Below the pieces are notes generated by a model. That model was not told the origin of the DNA, did not search any database, and saw only the letters and a program-made list of their open reading frames with translations. A DNA stretch of 63,262 bases, filler included, from Chiloscyllium plagiosum (taxonomy: Eukaryota): NCBI RefSeq assembly GCF_004010195.1. It is 4 parts of one record of this genome, joined end to end, with 100 filler letters (N's around TTAATTAATTAA, not from the genome) between each part and the next. Parts side by side here need not be neighbours in the genome. Positions count along the whole stretch, not along the records: positions 1 to 17,372 come from NC_057712.1; positions 17,473 to 45,716 come from NC_057712.1; 2 more parts are not named here. One strand, written 5' to 3'. The position numbers were made by a program, and so were the translations under genes. Each line of letters starts with the position of its first letter. Positions within the stretch are counted from its first letter, which is position 1. Shown here piece after piece: positions 11,881 to 24,129 of this stretch.

Positions 11881-12609
11881 CTGCAATCTTTCACCAACTG
11901 ATAATTTCCAAGACTAGAGGTTGGAAGGGAGATGGGGTGGGGAAAGCTGTAAGGTAGTCAAGAAGTCAAACCCAGGAGACAACCTGCCCAGATCACTCTC
12001 TGAATATGAAACATCGTCTATAAATTTATTGATAAATATTTCCAGTCCTTCACCTGTGCTTCTTTCTAAGTTTGTGTCAGATGAAGGTTACGTTGCACTA
12101 TGCTCTCTCTGACTCCACATTTTTCCATGATGTCTCCAACTGGAAGCTGCCCTTGTTAGCAGGATAGTGAACAATGATTCAGATGCCCACTGACATATAC
12201 CGTATCAGTCTGCTTTCGTACCAACCTCACCCTGCCAGGTATGGACTCTCCAGTTTATTAGTTTTGTTGGTTGTTATGGTGAAAGTACGAGTGTCCAAAA
12301 AGTAAGCAAACAGATTTGCATCTATGACCTTCCTGATTACTGAAGGTAGTAAATGGAGAGAATGTGTGATGTGATGACAGGACTGTAGGATTACAACATA
12401 TTTCGTACTGATGCTGAGATGCAAAATGACAAGGAGTTTGTGGTTTTTGAAAGATTGCATATAACTAACTGCACACCATTTCCAGTATTAAAAAAATTAA
12501 AAACTGGATTTTCTTTTAATTGGAAAGATAAAGACATGTAGATTGTGAAATTGATAAAGGTGAGGAAGACAATACAATAATAAATTGTATTTAAAAAGCA
12601 TTTCAAATT

Positions 12610-13170
12610 AAGAAAACAGCCTGAGGCATTTTCACAGGAACGTAATTCACAGGAGATGGACAGAAACTTGTTCAGAAAGAGATAGGGTTTAAGGTTAAGT
12701 CATAAAAACAAATAGACTGAGAGGTTTAGGGAGGGAATCTAGAGCTTAGAGCTGATGCAGCTAAGACACAGCACTAATGGCAGAGTGAAGGATGTGGTGA
12801 GTATGCTACATAAACTCAAACTGGAGAAGCAGAGTTATTTCAGAGGAATGGGGGATGCAGAGGCATGGGGAGAGAGTTGGAGGGGGGAGGTGGTGGGATT
12901 TAGAGAGTTTTAGTTTATGGTGGGTGAAGGATGGGGGTTGCTGGCTTGGACAGCATTGATTACAAAAGTATGGTTGAGTGTTTCAAACAGCATATGAGAT
13001 AAGGCAGGATGAAAGAGGAGTGCTGTTACAATTCTGGTAGTCCTGATGATCTAGGGGCTATGGGGTTGAAACTTTAGACTGGGGTCAATAGGATGCTGAA
13101 ATTGCTAGAAGTCTGAGTTGAAGAAACAGTAGCTGGGGATGGAGTTGGCTACAGAATAATTGTGGAGAGG
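12610..13170 (-). mobile_element. Highly decayed L2-like LINE 3' fragment
   Basis: Purine-rich plus strand with L2-like 3' segment (ggtttagggagggaatctagagcttag); recognised by pattern only. Confidence 0.35.
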
Positions 13171-13179
13171 CCACTAAAT

Positions 13180-13770
13180 TGCTAAAAGAATAGTGTATAA
13201 ATGTAGGAAATTGCTGCTGCGACAGTACAAGGCATTAGTGAGACTGCACTTGGTGTACAGTTTTTGTCCCCTTACTTGAGGAGGGGTGTAGTTGCATTGG
13301 AGGCAGATCAGAGGAGCTTTATTCCAGATTGATTCCGGAGAAGAGAAATTAAGCAGTTTAGGCTTACACTCTGCAGAGTTTACAAGAATGAGAAGTGATC
13401 CAATTGAGGTACGTAAGATGTTAAAGGGAATTTACAAAGTAGATGTAGAGCAAATGTTACCCCCTATGAAGCAATTTAAGCTGAAGGTCATAGCTTTAGG
13501 TTCTGAGGTAGCAGATTTAAAACAGAAATAAAGAGGAATTAAATTCCGTCTAAGGGTCGTGAACCGGTGTAAAATTCACTATCTCAGTGGCAGTGGATGC
13601 TGGGACACTGAATAATTTAAGGAGAAGATAGACTGATTTTTAATCAGTAATGGGTTATTGGGGAATGGACAAGAAAGTGGAGTTGGGGCTGAAATGAGAT
13701 CAGCCATGATAGTATCAAATTGCAGAGCAGGGTCAAGGGGCTGAATTTTCTATTCCTGCTCCTAGATCTT
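13180..13770 (+). mobile_element. CR1 3' fragment
   Basis: YKALVRLHL motif, RMRSDPIEV.KMLKG, CR1 3'UTR (agatcagccatgat...cctgctcct). Confidence 0.75.
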
Positions 13771-14399
13771 AGACAACAGCTCTGATCTTCCCAGTGTTGA
13801 AGTGACCCAGTGAGGGGAAGAATATTAATCTCTCAAAGCAAGAATAACTCACTTTTAACAAATTTTCACAGTTCCTGAAACTGCAGGAACACTTCTCTAT
13901 TTCAAATACTGTATACATGCAGATTATACCCACTGTAGTAACATAATCTCAAACTTCCTGTTGTTTAGACTGAGGCCTACACTGTACTCTGAGAATAATA
14001 TTAGAAGTCTGGTAGAGAGAATCTGGCACTAATAATGCCATCAATGGTAAACAGACCCGTAAATCTATTTGTTGTACTGTTAAGTAAAGTGGAGAGGAGC
14101 ACACTTTGTTAAGGGCATGTGTATGCCTGCGAGAAAGGACTACCTAATTTAGAGAAAAAAAATATTAATTTGCGCAAGCATAATGTTAAAGAATGTTCAA
14201 AGCCCTGTAGCTACATAAAACCAGTCTTTAATAGCTAAAGCTGATCCATGGAAGGAGAAAATATCACAAGAAAGTTATGGCAGGGTTGGGTGATAATGTT
14301 GTTTAGATTCAAACTTCCCACATTGTCATTCCTGCCAATAATTGGCAATTGCTACAACAAGGACTATTAACATAGAAAGGGCAAGCTGGGGTCTGCAGT

Positions 14400-14630
14400 C
14401 AGGTATAGAGAATAGTTAGCTTGGATAGCTGGTTTGCAATGTAGAGTAAGACCAACAGTGTAGGTTCAATTCCCGCATCATCTGAGGTTACCATGAAGGA
14501 CTCTCATTCTCAACTACATCTCCTCATGTGAAACATGGTGACCCTCAGGTTAAACCACCACTGGTCATCTCTTTTTAATGAAAGAGTAGTGCTATGATCT
14601 GCTAGGACTATGGCAACTTTACTTTTACAA
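14400..14630 (+). mobile_element. tRNA-derived SINE
   Basis: B box GGTTCAATTCC at about 14463-14473 and (CTTTA)-like tail. Confidence 0.5.
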
Positions 14631-17372
14631 GTATGTCAATATAATTAGAAGACCTGAAGATGTAAGTATGGAACAGGTTGAAAACGCTTGTTAAAATCAT
14701 TAAAGAGCTTTATAAACAGACTCATATGGTATAAAAGGGTTAAAAAAAACTGTGCCTCGGCTGGAATATTGTGACCAATAAAGGGCTATTGCACTTTGGG
14801 AAGGATGACAAAGCTCAGAGAATGTGTAGAAGAGATTTATTAGAATGATAGGGGACAGGTTAGACTTCAGTTATGTGGAGACATCAGTGATTGTTCTCAT
14901 TATGGCTGAAAATGTTAGGGTAAATTGGAGTAGAAAGTTATAAAAGGTTTTAAAAGGGAAAACTTGTTGCGAAGACAGATTTAAGGTAAATGTATTTTGG
15001 TGGAATATCACTTGGGGAAAGAAAGCAGAAGTTTAAAGTAGGTTTTGGCATTTCTCCAATGTCAAGCGATTTCAGTTCTGTTTTGTGCCTTCTGTAGTCT
15101 GTGGCGGATCTGTTTAGCTGCTTAAAGTTGAAAATCATTTCTGCAGCTTGAGCACACCTCCCCGAGAGCCACTAGAGCTGGCTACTAATTCTAGTAAGCA
15201 TGCAACAGTCCAAGTTGTTATTCTTAGAATGAAATGTTGAACTCTTCCATCAGATAAATTCCCCCGGCACCTTTTGAAAAAGAGTAGGGCTTCTGGTCAC
15301 CTGACCAACATTGTTCCCTCAACAAACATCAGATGCAAGTTCACTGATCATTTTTCTCATTATTGTTTGCTACACGTTTAAGATTATCTGTGCAATATAA
15401 TTCATTTCACTTGAAATGCTTTTGGGGATTTTCCAAGTTAAATAATTAATAGCAGATATTCTTGGGGAATTCCACATTCATTGAATTCCACTTTACAACA
15501 GTGGTTCTGGTAAATAATATCATTTAATACTGTTGATTACATAGCTATATGTCACAATGGCAAAGGGATTACTGGAATTTTGGTCTGACATTTCTACTGA
15601 AAACAGAACAGGAACCCAAATGAAAACCTCGTCAGAACCTTACTGACAACCTATGGGAGCTCCTAAACTTTAGTCACATGTCCTTGTGCACCTGGTTGCG
15701 AGCCTCAATTTCACATTACCCTTAACAGTTGATCAAAGGAGCCTGGCAAAGTAGATGACATTCCATAGGGCAGCTTGTCTTGATGTGAAACCCTTTTCAT
15801 GGCCATCCTAGGCCAATACAACATGTACATGAGGTGATAAAACCAGAGATTTATTGGTAAAGCCTTGATACAAACATTGAGACCACACACAACGCACAGG
15901 CCAAACAAACTCTGATAGTGGTCTAATTTATTTTGTGAACCAAGTGTGAATACCAAGCTTCATCAGCCTGGTTCAGTAGATAAATTGTCCTCACTGTGTC
16001 AGGAAGGCTGTGTACATTATCCAGGCTGTCATGTATAACTGACGAGATGAGAATAGGAAGAGTGGTTTTCTAGTTTTTCACTCATTTGACTGCAATAGAT
16101 TTTTAAATTTTTTTTACTTCTATAAGAAGGTTATGGTCATGATTCAGTGAATGTTTAATTGTTGACGTATCACTACAAAAGAAACAGGTAGGTTTCTTGA
16201 GTTTCTTAAGAAGAATAGATAGGTTAACTCCAGGAAGGGTAAGAGAGGTAGGCAGCTAGCGCAGGAGTCTTTTGTGGATATACCTATTTCAAACAGGTAT
16301 GCTGTTTTGGAAAATGTAGGGGGTGATGGATTCTCAGGGGAACATAGCACAAACAACCAAGTTTCTGGTATTGAGACTGGCTCTAATGCAACGAGGGGTA
16401 CGTCAGCTTCCAAGAGATCAATTGTGTTAGGGGATTCTCTGAGGTACAGACAGGCGTTTCTGTGGCCAGCAGGGAAAAAGGAGAATGGTGTATTGTTTCC
16501 CTGGTGCCAGGATCAAGGATGTCTCAGAGAGGGTGCAGAATGTTCTCATGGGGGAGAGGGGTTAGCAAGAGGTCGTTGTCCACATTGGAACCAATGACAT
16601 TGGAAGGGAAAAGATTGAGATTCTGAAGGGAGATTACAGAGAGTTAGGCAGAAATTTAAAAAGGAGGTCCTCAAGGGTAGTAATATAGATTACTCCCAGT
16701 GCTACGAGCTAATGAAGGCAGGAATAGGAGGATAGAGCAGATGAATGCATGGCTGAGGAGCTGATGTATGGGAGAAGGATTCACATTTTTGGATCATTGG
16801 AATCTCTTTTTGGATAGAAGTGAACTGTGCAAGAAGGACGGATTGCACCTAAATTGGAAGGGGACTAATATACTGGCAGGGAAGTTTGCTAGAACTGCTT
16901 GAGAGGATTTAAACTAATAAGGTGGTGGGGTAGGACCCAGGGAGATAGTGAGGAAAGTAATCAATCTGAGACAGGTACAGTTGGAAAAAGAAGCGAGTCA
17001 AACAGTCAGGACAGGTAGGGACAAGGTAGGACTAATAAATTAAACTGCATTTATTTCAATGCAAGGGGCCTAACAGGGAAGGCAGATGAACTCAGGGCAT
17101 GGTTAGGAATATGGGTCTGGGATATCAAAGCAGTTACAGAAACGTGGCTCAGGGATAGGCAGGACTGGCAGCTTAATGTTCCAGGATACAAATGCTACAG
17201 GAAGGATAGAAAGGGAGGCAAGAGAGGAGGGGGAGTGGCATTTTTGATAAGGGATAATATTACAGCTGTGCTGAAGGAGGATATTCCTGGAAATACATCC
17301 AGGGAAGTTATTTGGGTGGAACTGAGAAATAAGAAAGGGATGATCACCTTATTGGGATTGTATTATAGACCC

Positions 17373-17472
17373 NNNNNNNNNNNNNNNNNNNNNNNNNNNN
17401 NNNNNNNNNNNNNNNNTTAATTAATTAANNNNNNNNNNNNNNNNNNNNNNNNNNNNNNNNNNNNNNNNNNNN
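17373..17472. other. Artificial scaffold join (44N + TTAATTAATTAA + 44N)
   Basis: Identical 100-bp linker also at 45717-45816 and 59267-59366; the 12-mer is a six-frame stop linker. Confidence 0.95.
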
Positions 17473-17752
17473 GGAAAAGGATAGACCAGATCTAAAAGTT
17501 GAAGTTCTAAATTGGAGAAAGGCCAATTTTGACGGTATTAGGCAACAACTTTAGAAAGCTGATTGGAGGCAGATGTTTGCAGGTAAAGGGACGGCTGGAA
17601 AATGGGAAGCCTTCAGAAATGAAATAATGAGAATCCAGAGAAAGTATATTCCTATTAGGGTGAAAGGAAAGGCTGGTCGATATAGGGAATGCTGGATGAC
17701 TAAAGAAATTGAGGATTTGGTGAAGAAAAGAAAGGAAGCATATGTAAGGTAT

Positions 17753-17880
17753 GCTGAAGAAGGGCTTATGCCCGAAACGTCGATTCTCCTGTTCCTTGGA
17801 TGCTGCCTGACCTGCTGCGCTTTCCCAGCAACACATTTTCAGCTCTGATCTCCAGCATCTGCAGTCCTCACTTTCTCCTC
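17753..17880 (+). mobile_element. 128-bp Penelope-derived insertion with hammerhead core, inside CR1 ORF2
   Basis: Perfect 14-bp TSD CATATGTAAGGTAT at 17739-17752 and 17881-17894; core CTGAAGA-A-GGGC-TTAT-GCCC-GAAA-C-GTC at 17754-17781. Confidence 0.9.
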
Positions 17881-19924
17881 CATATGTAAGGTATAGACAG
17901 GATAGATCGAGTGAATCCTAAGAAGAGTATAAAGTAGGAGTATACTTAAGGGGAAATCAGGAGGGCAACAAGGGGACATGAGATAGTGTTGGCAAATAGA
18001 ATTAAGGAGAATCCAAAGGGTTAAGGACAAAAGGGTAACTAGGGAGAGAATAGGGCCCCTCAAAGATCAGCAAGGCGGCCTTTGTGTGGAGCCGCAGAAA
18101 ATGGGGGAGATACTAAATGAATATTTTGCATCAGTATTTACTGTGGAAAAGGATATGGAAGATATAGACTGTAGAGAAATAGATGGTGACATCTTGCAAA
18201 ATGACCAGATGACAGACGAGGAAGTGCTGGATGTCTTGAAACGTGTAAAGGTGGATAAATCCCCAGGACCTGATCAGGTATACTTGAGAACTCTGTGGAA
18301 AGCTAGAGAAGTGATTGCTCGGCCTGTTGCTGAGATATTTGTATCATCGATAGTCACAGGTGAGGTGCCTGGAGGTTGGCAAACGTGGTGCCACTGTTTA
18401 AGAAGGGTGGTAAGGACAAGCCAGGGAACTATAGACCGGTGAGCCTGACCTCGGTAGTGGACAAGTTGTTGGAGGGAATCCTGAGGGACAGGATGTACAC
18501 GAATTTGGAAAGGCAAGGACTTATTAGGGATAGTCAACATGGCTTTGCGTGTGGGAAATCATGTCTCACAAACTTGATTGAGTTTTTTTGAAGAAGTAAC
18601 AAAGAGGTTTGATGAGCGCAGAGCGGTAGATGTGATCTATATGGACTTCAGTAAGTAGTTCGACAAGGTTCCCCATGGGAGACTGATTAGCAAGGTTAGA
18701 TCTCACGGAATACAGGGAGAACTAGCCATTTGGATACAGAGCTGACTCAAAGGTAGAAGACAGAGGCTAGTAGTGGAGGGTTGTTTTTCAGACTGGAAGC
18801 CTGTGACCACTGGAGTGCCACAAGGATCGGTGCTGGGTCCTCTACTTTTTGTCATTTACATAAATGATTTGGNNNNNNNNNNNNNNNNNNNNNNNNNNNN
18901 NNNNNNNNNNNNNNNNNNNNNNNNNNNNNNNNNNNNNNNNNNNNNNNNNNNNNNNNNNNNNNNNNNNNNNNNNNNNNNNNNNNNNNNNNNNNNNNNNNNN
19001 NNNNNNNNNNNNNNNNNNNNNNNNNNNNNNNNNNNNNNNNNNNNNNNNNNNNNNNNNNNNNNNNNNNNNNNNNNNNNNNNNNNNNNNNNNNNNNNNNNNN
19101 NNNNNNNNNNNNNNNNNNNNNNNNNNNNNNNNNNNNNNNNNNNNNNNNNNNNNNNNNNNNNNNNNNNNNNNNNNNNNNNNNNNNNNNNNNNNNNNNNNNN
19201 NNNNNNNNNNNNNNNNNNNNNNNNNNNNNNNNNNNNNNNNNNNNNNNNNNNNNNNNNNNNNNNNNNNNNNNNNNNNNNNNNNNNNNNNNNNNNNNNNNNN
19301 NNNNNNNNNNNNNNNNNNNNNNNNNNNNNNNNNNNNNNNNNNNNNNNNNNNNNNNNNNNNNNAAAGAGACCTAAGGGGCAATTTTTTCATGCAGAGGGTG
19401 GTACGTGTATGGAATGAGCTGCCAGAGGAAATGGTGGAGGCTGGTACAATTGCAACATTTTAAGAGGCATTTGGATGGGTATATGAATAGGAAGGGTTTG
19501 GAGGGATATGGGCCGGGTGCTGGCAGGTGGGACTAGATTGGGTTGGGATATCTGATCGGCATGGACGGGTTGGACCGAAGGGTCTGTTTCCATGCTGTAC
19601 ATCTCTATTACTTGGCCTCCCCAGCTTTATGTGGTACAAAATGTCATAGGCTCACTACTCTTTGAGTGGGGATTTATTTTTCTCATCTTAGTGCTAAATG
19701 GTCTACCCTGTATCCTGGACTCTAATCCTTGACTCTGTAACTGGAGAAAACATTATCCCTGCATCCAGTCTGTACAGCACTGTTAGAATTTAATGTGTTT
19801 CAATCATAGCATGTCTCAACCTTCTAAACTCTACTGAATACAGGCCCAGTTGAACAAATTTTTCCTCAAAGGACAGTTCTGCCAGCTAAGTATGAGCCTA
19901 GTGAACCTCTGTTATACTCTTTCT

Positions 19925-20935
19925 TAGAGTCATAGAGCATGGAAACAGATCTTCTGTCCAACTAGTCCACACTGACCATGTTCCCAAAATTAAACTCGTT
20001 CCACATTTCCAAATTTGGCCCATATCCCTCCAAACCTTTCCTATTTGTGTACTTATCCAAATGTCTTTTAAATGTTGTAACTATATCTGAATCCACCACT
20101 TCCTCTGGTAGCTCATTCCATACACTAACCATACTTTGTATAAACAAGTTGCATCTCAGGTCCTTTTTAAATCTTTCTCCTCTTATCTTAAAAAGATGAC
20201 CCCGAGTTTTGAAATCCTCCATCTTAGGGAAAAGACGTTCACCTTATCTCTGTCCCCTCATGATTTTATAAACCTCTATAAGACCACCCCTCAAGATTCA
20301 GTGAAAAAGGTCCCAGCCTATCCAGACTATTTGTATAACTCAAACCTTCCATTCCCAGCAACATCTCCTGAACGCTCTCCAGTTTAATAATATCCTTCCT
20401 ATAACAGGGCAACCAGACCGCACGCAGTACTCCAGAAGAGGTTCACTAATGTCCAATACAATCTCAATATGACGTCCCAGCTCCTACACTCAAAGGTCTG
20501 AGCGATAAAGACAAGTGTGCCAATCACTGTCTACCTGTGACACAAATTTCAAAGAATTATGTACCTGAACCCCGAGGTTCTCTGTTCTACAACACTTCCC
20601 GAGGCCCTACCATTAATTGTATAAGTCCTGTCCTTGTTTGTTTTACCAAAATGCAATATCTCGTGTCCATCCAAATTAAACTCCATCTGCTATTCCTCAG
20701 CCCATTGAACCAATTGATCAGATCTCTTCATAATCTTAGATAATCTTCTTCACTGTCTCCTATACCATCAATTTTGGTGTCATCCTCAAACTTACTATCC
20801 ATGCCTCCTATGCTCTCATCCAAATCATTTATATAAATGACAAACAAAAGTGGACCCATTACCAATCCCTGTGCCACACCACTGGTCACAGGTCTTCAGC
20901 CCAAAAACAACCCTTCACCACCACCCTCTGTCTGC
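19925..20935 (-). mobile_element. CR1 3' fragment (RT C-terminus + 3'UTR), nested in an older CR1
   Basis: TRGHLFKIRGERF...WNELPEEVV and KFEDDTK motif on the minus strand. Confidence 0.85.
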
Positions 20936-20944
20936 TCTAAAAAG

Positions 20945-21750
20945 CAAATTCCACAGCAAATGTATTCTTTCTCAGGTATGGAGACCAAAACAACACACAA
21001 TACTCCATATGCGGTCTCACTAGGACCCTGTATAACAGCAGTTAGCTGTCTCTCCTTCTGAATTCAAATCCTCTTGCAAAGATGGCCAGTATCTCATTTG
21101 CCTTCCCAATTGCTTCATGCACTTGCCTGTCTACCTTCATTGACTGGTGTACAAGGTCACCCAGATCCTTTTGTATACCCACATTTCCTAATATAAAGCC
21201 ATTTAAACAATAGTCTGCCTTTCTGTTTTCCACGTCAATGTGAATAACATCACATTAAGCCATGTTGTGGCTTAAACACATCTGTTGTGTTTATCCACTC
21301 ATCAGTTTGAATCATCCTCCTTACATCTCTCTATCTTGCTCAGTTTTGTGTCATCAGCAAAATTGGAAATGTTGTATTTGGATTTCCTCATCCAGATCAT
21401 TCATATGTATCATAAATAGCTGGAGTTCCAAGCACTGATTTTTGCAGTACCCCACCAGTCACTCATTGCCTGCTACTCACAAAGAGAGCCATTTACTTCC
21501 ACTCTCTGTTTCATGTCTGTCAATTAATTCTTGATCGATCTGAATATATTACCCCTTATCCCATGTGCTTAAACTTTGCCCATAAACCACTGGAGTTTCC
21601 TCTCCAAAAGTCTTCTGAAAATCCAAATACACCATATCCAAAGATTCTCCAATATCTGTTCCATTAGTATGTCCTCAAAAAAACTCCAGTGGATTGGTTA
21701 GGCATGAGTGGTCATTCATAAACCCAAATCGGCTGTGTCCAAACCCATTC
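20945..21750 (-). mobile_element. Older CR1 RT fragment (also 19615-19920)
   Basis: QKDLGDLVHQSMKV, FADDTK, SCLTNPLEFF on the minus strand. Confidence 0.75.
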
Positions 21751-22001
21751 ACACCAACTTTTCTGTTATTGTGTCTTTTATGACACACAGAATGCCAGAA
21801 AAACAGGTTTGATAATTTAGTAGAAGTGAGGAATTGAGAGAAATAGTGATAATTTGTCATCAGCACATGTGTAAACTCATGCAGTGCCTTTGGATTATGT
21901 TACGTATCAACAGTATCCAGGGAGGGAAACTATTGTAATTGATTGTCTAACTATAATGAGATAGAAAAGAATTGTAGGTGCAAAATTTGGATTTATTTTA
22001 G

Positions 22002-22051
22002 ACAGGACCAGAAGCTAGAATGCAGGCAGTCAGGACCAGAAGCTAGAATGC
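22002..22051. repeat. Short direct repeat CAGGACCAGAAGCTAGAATGC x2 (29-bp period)
   Basis: Directly visible. Confidence 0.85.
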
Positions 22052-22699
22052 CAAACCATGCACAAATAATGGATCAAGATAGCCCAATTAAGAAATAGAA
22101 GAAACATAAAGAAATGAAGACACAATTAAGAAATGGGGAAGACAACTGTCACATCATCGAAATGGTGCCAAATCACACCAATTTATCCCCGCAAGCCTTT
22201 TATGCAGAATGCACACATTCTTTACCATCTCCAGGACCATACCAAGTCTCTGCATTGCAGTTACTGTATAGGAACACAATTATCAGCCCATCAGAGGCTA
22301 TTGTGCTGTGGCCTTTTGGCTACATAATACCACTGTGATGTAACTGATAATGAAAACAAGTGTATGTACTCATAAGAAACTTGGTGGAGAAGCGCTATGA
22401 CTATCCAGTGTTGGCTTCCTGTTGACATAATAAAGACACCACTTCACTATTGCAACTGAACACAGTGTTGAAGTTTTGCAACAGAGTATTTCTTCGACTT
22501 TTCAGAATGGAACCATATCAAAAGGAGTCCCAGCCAGGTGGACAATAAAAGGACAGTGGAGGACGATGGTGTCATCAACCATGTCAAACGTTCCTGACAA
22601 GTTGAGTAGAACGAGGAGGTCAAATTTATCTTCTCTACACAAAGGATGCCATTTGTGAATTGTTTCTTCCTTACACGGATATTTTTTTCAAAATGTAAT

Positions 22700-23276
22700 A
22701 ATGAGTTTAATTCAGATAAATGCAAGGTGCTGCATTTTGGGAAAGCAAATCTTAGCAGGACTTATACACTTAATGGTAAGGTCCTAGGGAGTGTTGCTGA
22801 ACAAAGAGATCTTGGAGTGCAGGTTCATAGCTCCTTGAAAGTGGAGTCACAGGTAGATAGGATAGTGAAGAAGATCTGGGGCTGTTTTCCCTGGAGTGTC
22901 GGAGGCTGCGGGGTGACCTTATAGAGGTTTACAAAATTATGAGGGGCATGGATAGGATAAATAGGCAAAGTCTTTTCCCTGAGGTCAGGGAGTCCAGAAC
23001 TAGAGGGCATAGGTTTAGGGTAAGAGGGGAAAGATATAAAAGAGACCGAAGGGGCAACATTTTCACGCAGAGGGTGGTACGTGTATGGAATGAGCTGCTA
23101 GAGGATGTGGTGGAGGCTGGTACAATTGCAACATTTTTCAGAGGCATTTGGATGGGTATATGAAAAGGAAGGGTTTGGAGGGATATGGGCCGGGTGTTGG
23201 CAGGTGGGACTAGATTGGATTGGGATATCTGTCGGCATGGATGGGTTGGACCGAAGGGTCTGTTTTCATGCTGTAG
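22700..23276 (+). mobile_element. CR1 3' fragment with internal deletion at about 22872
   Basis: Near-identical to 32598-33218 and 19363-19600 but lacks the segment between VKK and LGLFSLE. Confidence 0.85.
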
Positions 23277-23429
23277 TCATAGGTAATTTGCACTGTCACT
23301 GCAGAAATCTTAAAGCATTTCTCAGCTTTATTTGTCACTTTAAAAAAAAGTTGAGTTATATTAAAACCAGGATAGAATTAAATGCTGACAGGTGGCAATT
23401 ACATCATTGGACTTTGTTGTAGTTTATGG

Positions 23430-23727
23430 AGATTAGATTAGATTACTTAGTGTGGAAACAGGCCCTTCGGCCGAACGACCCTCCGAAGAGCAAACCACTC
23501 AGACCCATTCCCCTTCAGCTACCATTACAGACAATTTAGCATGACCAATTCACCTAACCTACATATTTTTGGATTGTGGGAAGAAACCGGTGCGCCCAGA
23601 GGAAACCCACGCAGACACGGAGAGAATGTGCAAACTCCACACAGACTTTTGCCTGAGGCGGGAATTAAACCCAGGTCTCTGGTGCTGTGAGGCAGCAGTG
23701 CTAATCACTGTGCCATCGTGTCGCCCA
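23430..23727 (-). mobile_element. V-SINE (HE1-like), full length
   Basis: Reverse complement of 53576-53885; A/B boxes and (AATCT)n tail. Confidence 0.9.
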
Positions 23728-23854
23728 TGAATATGTTCAGGTTAAAGATTCTCTGAATACTTAGGTTCACATTCAAACTGTTTTGAAGTATCTATTGAAA
23801 GTCATATTCCATGAGTTATTGACCAACATATCTCAAAACGATAAAGTTACTTAC

Positions 23855-24129
23855 CTTCTGGGTGATCCATCTTCATGAGGCTGAATAATCACCACTTTCA
23901 CAGTCACCGAGGTTCGTAAAAGGTCGATCATCTGCTCGTGGGTCAAGGTTGCCACCGCTACTTTGCAGATCTCAACAAGACGACTCCCTTGCCTCAGGCC
24001 AGCTTTCCAAGCATATCCAAATGGTTCAACATCTGCCACAATACCTTCAAAGTTAACATGGAATCCTAGCTGTCCAAGGCCGTTCCTTCTCAGAGTCATT
24101 TCTGCTGTTTCACAGCCTCTGGTCACTAA
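23855..24129 (-). CDS. SIPA1L2: Internal coding exon (PDZ domain) of signal-induced proliferation-associated 1-like protein 2 (RapGAP)
   Basis: [44 protein letters not shown]...[12 protein letters not shown]. Residues NFEG, EPFG, WKAG and QPH.DGSP fit SIPA1L2 better than SIPA1L1 as I recall them. Acceptor ttcttcttatccag| (phase 0) and donor AG|gtaagt (phase 2). Confidence 0.9.

Larger units (their letters stand above)
16190..19610 (+). mobile_element. Large CR1 LINE (ORF1 esterase, ORF2 APE-RT, 3'UTR), decayed and spanning two assembly gaps
   Basis: IVLGDS and DGLHLN (ORF1); VTETW, GGGVA, LGLYYRP (APE); [39 protein letters not shown] (RT); 3'UTR ending ttggaccgaagggtctgtttccatgctgtac. Confidence 0.9.

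Noticed and set aside
17417..17428. Palindromic TTAATTAATTAA recurring three times
   Set aside because: Always centred in exactly 44N+44N; an assembly linker, not biology.
21900..22690. Possible decayed LTR-retrotransposon pol or missing SIPA1L2 exon
   Set aside because: No motif could be read with confidence in any frame, and no match to the expected downstream SIPA1L2 peptide.
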